NCBI GenBank assembly: GCA_039815185.1
Contig: JBCBZT010000097.1
Span: forward strand, 1 to 15,033
DNA: 15,033 nucleotides
Direction of reading: 5' to 3'
Source: Cyanobacteria bacterium P01_A01_bin.123
GTDB lineage: Bacteria > Cyanobacteriota > Cyanobacteriia > Phormidesmidales > Phormidesmidaceae
Under the pieces are notes generated by a model, which saw only the letters and a list, made by a program, of their open reading frames with translations, had not been told where the DNA came from and searched no databases. A program made the position numbers and the translations under genes. Numbering within the stretch: position 1 is the first letter of the stretch; every line of letters begins with the position of its first letter. Shown one piece after another: positions 8,774 through 14,217 of this stretch.

Positions 8774-9217
8774 ATGCATCATGCTTCAATCCGCACGGCA
8801 AACATTCACCGGGCGATCGCGTTTTATCAGCTCTTAGGCTTTACGGTGCAGGAGCGTTTTACAGCAGGGATTACCCTAGCCTGTTGGATGACAGGTTTAA
8901 ATGGGCGGATTGAGTTGTTGCAGGTGCCGGAACCCCATCCTGCCCCAGATCCATTTCATAACGAGCACTACACAGGGTATTACCATTTGTCTTTTGATTT
9001 GACCCAGCAAACCTCAAGCCTGCCAAACTGGTTAGCTATCCTTGTGCAAACGTTTCAAACTGCGAGCGAACAGCAACCCGATCAGATTAATCCCCTGAAA
9101 GTGCTGTTAGAGCCCCGTCAGCAAATGATTGGCGATCGCGTCTATGAAGTCGCATTTATTGCTGATACCGATGGGTTACCCTTGGAGTTTATTCGAGTGA
9201 TGCGCGATGCCCAGTAG
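8774..9217 (+). CDS. VOC / glyoxalase-family protein
   Basis: MHHASIRT..I.RAIAFYQ.LGF, RIELL, GYYHLSF, FIADTDGLPLEFI: the H/E/H/E metal-ligand pattern of the vicinal oxygen chelate fold. Confidence 0.85.
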   Translation: MHHASIRTANIHRAIAFYQLLGFTVQERFTAGITLACWMTGLNGRIELLQVPEPHPAPDPFHNEHYTGYYHLSFDLTQQTSSLPNWLAILVQTFQTASEQQPDQINPLKVLLEPRQQMIGDRVYEVAFIADTDGLPLEFIRVMRDAQ

Positions 9218-10679
9218 CCCGACCCCATTTGCCGATAACTGGGCCTATCTCAAAACAGAACTCAACTGGCTAGAGCGTTTGCTGATGCTGGCGATCGCCC
9301 GTCAACGGCAAGACACCAAAGAGATTGACCGGGTAGCGCAAACAGCAGCAGATCGGGCCACCAGCCACTGGTGGAAAGGGATTATTTCCACCGGACGCCC
9401 GCCGGGCTACGATGACTGCCGGGGTCCCCTGTCCAATCGAGGCAAAGGCGTTCCCGGCGGTTCGGGACCTGGGCAAGCGAGTTTGACCAAGCAGGTGGGC
9501 TATCAAAAACAGCTAGAGGCCCGCATTCGCGCCAGTCAAGCTGCCGGAATTGTGTTGGGGTTGCCCACGGTGTGCGATCGCTTTGAGTTAACCCTAATCG
9601 AGAAAAATCTGATCTTGTTTGCCCTGGCCCCAGAGGTCAATCGCCGCTACGGTCGCCTTTACCGCTATTTGCAACCCGATCACGACAATACCCTAACGGG
9701 TCTACCCTCCATTGATTTAGTCTTGCGATTGCTCTGTCGTAATGATGTGGAATGGCGGCGCGCCCGGGCCCAATTGACTGACCCCGATCGTTTAGTTTGG
9801 CAGCAGCTGATTCAACCCGCCTTGGCGTCATCCCTGACACTGCTCGATACCCCCCTGCGGTTGCCCAGTCTCCTCCTGAACTACCTTCTGGCAGAACAAC
9901 CCCAACCTCAAACTTTGGACTGCTGGCCAAGCCACTCAAAGATATCCCTTATCGAGCCTTACAGGGTGCAACGCTGCGGCCTAGAACAGGGTTGGGACAG
10001 GTTGATTTTACCTGCGACCCAGCGGGATCGTATGCAACTCCTCTGTCATCAAGTTTGGGAAAGCTGGCATCGGCTAGACCCTTTCCCCATCCCCCCTACC
10101 CCTGGCAAATTGCTGTTGTTAACGGGGCCATCGGGGACAGGCAAAACGGCAATCGCCCATGCGATCGCCCATGATTTGACCCAATCTCTCGTGGTCATCG
10201 ATTTGGCCCAAATGCCCATCACAACCCAGGTTGAGTTTTTGCAAAGCGATCGGCTCCTGGCCGAACCTGTCGTGTTAATTGAGGCCGCTCACCATTGGTG
10301 CGGACGGGATTCTGCGATTGATTCATCGCTCATTATGCAGGGATTACAGCAGCGATTGACCAATGCCGGCATGACCATTCTGACCTCAGAACACAATCAG
10401 TCAATCCGACCCCGGTGGCGGCAGCGATGTGACCTAGAGCTCAACCTGACTATTCCCGATAAACGTGCCCGACAACAGCTGTGGCAAGCCACCATTCCCC
10501 CAGAGGTTACCGTTGCCCGGACGGTATCTTGGTCGACGCTTGCGGCTCAATTTGCCCTCACGGGCGGAGAAATTCAGCAGATTGTCCAAACTGCGATCGC
10601 CCAAATGACCCTTAAAAACTCGCCACGACTCACCCTCACCCATCTCAAAACTGCCCTGACTCACCATGGTCATACCTGA
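9207..10679 (+). CDS. AAA-family ATPase with N-terminal winged-helix-like domain; Walker B degenerate
   Basis: Walker A GPSGTGKT at 10125-10148. LAPEVNRRYGRLYRYLQ..PSIDLVLRLL segment; WDRLILP; lid region PDKRARQQLW and LAAQFALTGGEIQQIV. Overlaps the VOC gene by 11 nt. Confidence 0.75.
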   Translation: MPSSPTPFADNWAYLKTELNWLERLLMLAIARQRQDTKEIDRVAQTAADRATSHWWKGIISTGRPPGYDDCRGPLSNRGKGVPGGSGPGQASLTKQVGYQKQLEARIRASQAAGIVLGLPTVCDRFELTLIEKNLILFALAPEVNRRYGRLYRYLQPDHDNTLTGLPSIDLVLRLLCRNDVEWRRARAQLTDPDRLVWQQLIQPALASSLTLLDTPLRLPSLLLNYLLAEQPQPQTLDCWPSHSKISLIEPYRVQRCGLEQGWDRLILPATQRDRMQLLCHQVWESWHRLDPFPIPPTPGKLLLLTGPSGTGKTAIAHAIAHDLTQSLVVIDLAQMPITTQVEFLQSDRLLAEPVVLIEAAHHWCGRDSAIDSSLIMQGLQQRLTNAGMTILTSEHNQSIRPRWRQRCDLELNLTIPDKRARQQLWQATIPPEVTVARTVSWSTLAAQFALTGGEIQQIVQTAIAQMTLKNSPRLTLTHLKTALTHHGHT

Positions 10680-10688
10680 GGACGCATC

Positions 10689-11627
10689 GTGGTTGGATTT
10701 TTGATTGTGCTGCTGGCAGCCTTTTTCTTCTGCTTTCAAAACGTCATCGTCCGAATCTTGTTTAATCCACAAATCATCCTTGGGGTTTTGCCAACCGGGG
10801 GATTTGTCGAACCCACCCTATACAATTCGTTTTTACTCATGGCGATGCGGATGGTGGTAGTTGTGCCCTTAATGGCCAGCCTATCTCAACCGCTCTACCC
10901 CCAAGTCTGGAAAGACATCTATCAACTGCGACACCCTCAAAATCGGCGTAGTGCCCTGCATGCGATGATTAGCGGTGGCCTGATGTTTTTATATCTGGCC
11001 TTACTTTACCTCTCCATCGGGTTGATTCCGACAGGTATTGCCTTAACCCTGTTTTTTACCTATCCCGTCTTCACCGCTTGCTTTGTCTGGGCCTGGTTTG
11101 GCAATCGTCCGCCACCGCTACAGTGGGTGATTATGGCAGGCATCTTAATTGGCAGCGCATTAACCGTTCCCTACGGAAATCAAGTTGCCGATACTCAAAA
11201 CTTGGGGCTAGGGATTATTTTGGGAGTGGCCTCTGGGGTTGCCCATGCCCTCTACACCGTCAACGCCCAAAAAAGCTTTGAGTCCATGCATCCGGTTCCA
11301 TTTACCTGGATTAGCTTTGCAGTTACCCTGGGGCTTTCAGCAATCTGTCTATTATTTTGGCCGGCTCAAGCTAGTGCCTCCCCATACTGGCGTCCCCTTT
11401 GGATTGGCGGTTTACTCTCTGCCATCTTTACCTGTACAGGTCACTTGCTCGTTAACTACGGCATCCGTCAAATTGGGGCCACAACCACCGCCATGGTTAG
11501 CGCCAGCAATCCGGCCCTGACTGTGGTGCTAGCCTGGATCACCATCCAAGAAACCTTGGGCAGTATTCAAATCTTGGGTGTCGTGCTCGTCACCTTCTGC
11601 GTGATTCTGCTCAGTCGTGTCCGCTGA
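10689..11627 (+). CDS. EamA / DMT superfamily transporter
   Basis: About 10 hydrophobic segments with two EamA-type repeats (GIALTLFFTYPVFT; GIRQIGATTTAMVSASNPALTVVLAWITIQETL...QILG). GTG start; GAGGA RBS overlaps the upstream TGA. Confidence 0.88.
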   Translation: MVGFLIVLLAAFFFCFQNVIVRILFNPQIILGVLPTGGFVEPTLYNSFLLMAMRMVVVVPLMASLSQPLYPQVWKDIYQLRHPQNRRSALHAMISGGLMFLYLALLYLSIGLIPTGIALTLFFTYPVFTACFVWAWFGNRPPPLQWVIMAGILIGSALTVPYGNQVADTQNLGLGIILGVASGVAHALYTVNAQKSFESMHPVPFTWISFAVTLGLSAICLLFWPAQASASPYWRPLWIGGLLSAIFTCTGHLLVNYGIRQIGATTTAMVSASNPALTVVLAWITIQETLGSIQILGVVLVTFCVILLSRVR

Positions 11628-11746
11628 GTACCCCTCCACCCATCCTCTCCTTTGAAATGAGTACCCCCTCCGCCTGCGGCACCTCCCCTTTCAAAGGGGA
11701 GGCTGGGTGGGGCCTGATCTGTATCTTGACTTTAGAGAACTGGTAC
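11625..11746. repeat. REP/MITE-like GC-rich palindromic intergenic element
   Basis: Direct repeat TGAGTACCCC at 11625 and 11658. Palindrome CCTCCCCTTT-C-AAAGGGGAGG at 11682-11702. A longer inverted repeat pairs 11634-11657 with 11689-11712 (21/24; two of the mismatches are G-U on the + strand). The right boundary is approximate. Confidence 0.55.
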
Positions 11747-11935
11747 AAACGAGCTAGAGACTGTCATCGTTGTTCTAAAAGCAATGGGCAAGCCAATTGA
11801 TGACAGCCCCTAGCGACAGAACATAAAGTTTTGCAACCAAAACTCCTGATGAAAACCTCAAAAAGCCTTACTATCAGGTAATTTCACCGACTCTAATAGT
11901 GATCATCAACTCGATATTTTGTCGTGAAAACCGAA

Positions 11936-11964
11936 TTGACGGATCAAAAATTGTAAATTACGAT
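11936..11964 (+). promoter_or_regulatory. Sigma70-type promoter of gifB
   Basis: TTGACG (11936-41), 17-nt spacer, TACGAT (11959-64). Predicted TSS ~11971, just ahead of the riboswitch. Confidence 0.75.
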
Positions 11965-11967
11965 ACA
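11952..11967. promoter_or_regulatory. NtcA binding site overlapping the -10 box (repressor position)
   Basis: TGTA-AATTACGA-TACA is a perfect GTA-N8-TAC with T/A flanks. NtcA repression of gif genes is established. Confidence 0.85.
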
Positions 11968-11982
11968 GACATAGAAAGAAAA

Positions 11983-12081
11983 CGTTCATCTCTTCTCTGC
12001 TGATTCCTCAGGTTTGAGTTTCAGAACTCGGAAATCCAAGGGCAAGGGACGGAAGTAGGGGACTCCCCGAAGGAACGCGCC
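11983..12081 (+). ncRNA. Glutamine riboswitch class I (glnA RNA motif)
   Basis: P1 CGUUC 11983-87 / GAACG 12073-77; P2 UCUCUU 11989-94 / AAGGGA 12044-49 (extended); junction CGGAAGUA 12050-57; P3 GGGG 12058-61 / CCCC 12065-68; E-loop AGUA/GAA; 3' tail CGCC. Lies in the 5' UTR of gifB. Confidence 0.88.
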
Positions 12082-12127
12082 TCATTAACGACACACCGAT
12101 CTTTAGATCGCAAGCTGGAGGCGATTT

Positions 12128-12562
12128 ATGAAACTCACATATCGTGGCATTACTTACGACTACAATCCCCCTGCCGTTGCAACAGTTGAAGACAACGCAA
12201 CAGGCACCTACCGAGGCGTGGACATTCGGTTCCGCAACGTTAAGAAAAACGCAGTGCACCAACCCACGCTAGACCTGATTTATCGTGGCGTCGCTTACAC
12301 GACGGGTGAAGTCAATACGGGTGAAGCTAAGGTTCCTGCCGCAGCTACAGTTCCTGCTAACAGTGGCGTTGTCGATAAAGCTCGCTTAGCGATGATGAAG
12401 CATCACCGTGCCGTTAAGCAGCGTCAGCAAGTCATGTTGGGACGTTTGGCAAGTGAAGTGGGCCTTCCCGCTAGTGCGGCTCACTATTGGAACCATATTC
12501 AAGGCAAGGTTCATCCCAGTTTCTGGGCGACCTACGATCGCAGTCATGCAACCCTAAGCTAA
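12128..12562 (+). CDS. gifB: Glutamine synthetase inactivating factor IF17 (N-terminal DUF4278-type YRG repeats + IF7-like C-terminus)
   Basis: Three YRG motifs in the N-terminal half. The C-terminus ARLAMMKHHRAVKQRQQVMLGRLASEVG...YW..IQGK...F..TYDRSHATLS matches IF7/IF17. R86/R99/R106 have the same 13/7 spacing as the GS-binding arginines of IF7 (R8/R21/R28). GGAGG RBS at 12117-21; NtcA box and Gln riboswitch upstream. Confidence 0.9.
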   Translation: MKLTYRGITYDYNPPAVATVEDNATGTYRGVDIRFRNVKKNAVHQPTLDLIYRGVAYTTGEVNTGEAKVPAAATVPANSGVVDKARLAMMKHHRAVKQRQQVMLGRLASEVGLPASAAHYWNHIQGKVHPSFWATYDRSHATLS

Positions 12563-12609
12563 ACCCTGTTGGGTTCCGGATAGTCATTTTGGCATTACGA
12601 GTTGATTGG

Positions 12610-12646
12610 GCGAGGGCGTAACTCAGTTGCGTCCTCGCTTTCGTTT
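12610..12646 (+). terminator. Rho-independent terminator of gifB
   Basis: GCGAGGGCGUAAC-UCA-GUUGCGUCCUCGC forms a 13-bp stem (2 G-U) followed by UUUCGUUU. Confidence 0.8.
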
Positions 12647-12725
12647 GGGTCTGTACATAGCGCTGGCCAGATTGCTTAATACACCTCGTCTCTTTGGGAT
12701 ACTCAGGACACAGGCAATCTGGCTC

Positions 12726-12756
12726 GCCGTAGCGCATAAAACTTTGTGGCTACGGC
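12726..12756. terminator. Hairpin just downstream of the 2H phosphoesterase stop codon
   Basis: GCCGTAGC 12726-33 / GCTACGGC 12749-56. No U-tract. Confidence 0.4.
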
Positions 12757-12760
12757 TATA

Positions 12761-13318
12761 TCAGGTTCGAGTTAGGGAGAACCCATAGTTTTGGGCAACG
12801 TTCCAGCGGTGCCCATTGTGGACGAGCAGGGTGAGATGGGTGGCGGTAAATTCAAAGTGTAACGATCGCGTTTCAAAGTCTGGCCAAGCAAGGCGAAAGG
12901 CTTTGGGTTTAAGGTCTCGGAAGGCAACGGTCATGTGGGGCATAAAGGTGCGATCGCGCGATCGCGGATCAACAATTTCTAAGGTTTCTGCCAGGTGACA
13001 AGCCAAGGCTTGCTGAATCTGCATCAATTCTGGCGTTTGAACCACATCGATATAAATTACCCGGGGTGGAAATGCCCCAAAGCCTGACAACGTGATCGAC
13101 ACGGGTACCTGTCTTTGGGCAAATGTGGAAAGTACCGTGTTTAAGCGCTCTATCTCTACCTTTGCCCACTCAAAAGGCGGTTGCAGGGTGATGTGTGGCG
13201 GTGACTTTTGGGCGGCTCGGCTATCAAAGCGATCGCTAAAGTCTTGCTTGATTGCATTAGCATGGGTTTGAATATCCGGCGGCGGTACCAGCGCCAAAAA
13301 GAACCGTTGGAGCATCAT
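12761..13318 (-). CDS. 2H phosphoesterase (2'-5' RNA ligase / LigT-ThpR-like family)
   Basis: Two catalytic HxT motifs, PHITL and PHMTV; RFFLAL N-terminus; L.GFGAF; short beta-rich C-terminus. ATG 13318 or 13315 is preferred over TTG 13321. Confidence 0.88.
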   Translation of the reverse strand: MMLQRFFLALVPPPDIQTHANAIKQDFSDRFDSRAAQKSPPHITLQPPFEWAKVEIERLNTVLSTFAQRQVPVSITLSGFGAFPPRVIYIDVVQTPELMQIQQALACHLAETLEIVDPRSRDRTFMPHMTVAFRDLKPKAFRLAWPDFETRSLHFEFTATHLTLLVHNGHRWNVAQNYGFSLTRT

Positions 13319-13401
13319 CAAGGTTTAGCGTCAGGTTTGAGGAAGACAAGATACCCATACGATAAGATAGGAATCCCCAGTAATCCTCACGCGCCTGTTT
13401 T

Positions 13402-13668
13402 ATGCCCTGGTTTGTCAAGATTGAAAAAGGCATTGTCAAAAAAACTACATTTGACCACTACGTTCCAGCCCATATGGCCTATGTGAAAGCCTTAATTACA
13501 GAAGGTCACCAGGCGAAAACCGGCTATTGGGCAGACAAGGGTGGCGGTATGTTGCTCTTTCAGGCAGACTCATTAGACACCGCAAAAGCCATCGTCGAAC
13601 GCGACCCCCTAATTCAGAACGGTTGCGTGGACTATGAGCTACATGAATGGTGCGTGGTTGTGGAATAG
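13402..13668 (+). CDS. YciI-family protein
   Basis: 88 aa; PAHMAY (conserved His), GGGMLLF.A.S...A..IV..DPL...G. Confidence 0.82.
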   Translation: MPWFVKIEKGIVKKTTFDHYVPAHMAYVKALITEGHQAKTGYWADKGGGMLLFQADSLDTAKAIVERDPLIQNGCVDYELHEWCVVVE

Positions 13669-13682
13669 GGGAATAGATTCAG

Positions 13683-14162
13683 ATGTCCAAAAGCAATACC
13701 CAACCCAGCGATGGCTACAAAGTCATTGCCGACAACCGTCAGGCCCGCTACCTCTACGAAATTCTAGAAACCTACGAAGCAGGCATTCAACTTAAAGGCA
13801 CTGAAGTCAAATCCATCCGTGACGGCAAAGTCAATCTGCGAGACGGTTATGCCTCAATTCGCGACGAAGAAGCCTGGTTGCACAACGTCCATGTGTCTCC
13901 CCATGACACCACCAACAAAGCCTATAATCACGACCCCAAACGCAGTCGAAAACTCTTGCTCCACAAACAAGAAATTCGCAAACTCATCGGTAAGGTCGAA
14001 CAAAAAGGGTTGACTTTGGTACCGCTCAAAATGTATCTCAAACGCGGTATCGTCAAAATCAACATCGGTCTAGCTAAGGGTAAGAAAGTTCACGACAAAC
14101 GCGAAAGCCTCAAGCGCAAACAAAGTCAGCGCGATATCGAACGAGCCATGAAAAGCTACTAG
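13683..14162 (+). CDS. smpB: SsrA-binding protein SmpB
   Basis: IADNRQARYLY.ILETYEAGIQLKGTEVKSIR, NHDPKRSRKLLLHKQEI, GLTLVPLKMY, LAKGKKVHDKRE. Confidence 0.97.
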   Translation: MSKSNTQPSDGYKVIADNRQARYLYEILETYEAGIQLKGTEVKSIRDGKVNLRDGYASIRDEEAWLHNVHVSPHDTTNKAYNHDPKRSRKLLLHKQEIRKLIGKVEQKGLTLVPLKMYLKRGIVKINIGLAKGKKVHDKRESLKRKQSQRDIERAMKSY

Positions 14163-14217
14163 CGTATCCAATCAGCACGATATCGAACGAGCCATGAAAA
14201 GCTACTAGCGTATCCAA
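14126..14217. repeat. 46-bp tandem direct duplication spanning the smpB and cysS stop codons
   Basis: TCAGC[G/A]CGATATCGAACGAGCCATGAAAAGCTACTAGCGTATCCAA at 14126-14171 and 14172-14217; 45/46 identical (G14131 vs A14177). Confidence 0.95.

Noticed and set aside
11920..11966. NtcA box acting as an activator of a divergent minus-strand promoter
   Set aside because: No TAnnnT lies 21-23 nt downstream on the minus strand (it reads TTTTCA), so the canonical class II activation geometry is absent.
12008..12788. ORFs 12008-12262 (-), 12471-12737 (-) and 12606-12788 (+)
   Set aside because: They overlap the riboswitch, gifB and terminator hairpins and show no coding signatures.
14126..14217. 46-bp repeat as a mini-CRISPR, or tmRNA (ssrA) next to smpB
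   Set aside because: The copies abut with no spacer and consist of coding sequence; there are no cas genes. There is no room for ssrA and no tRNA-like ends.
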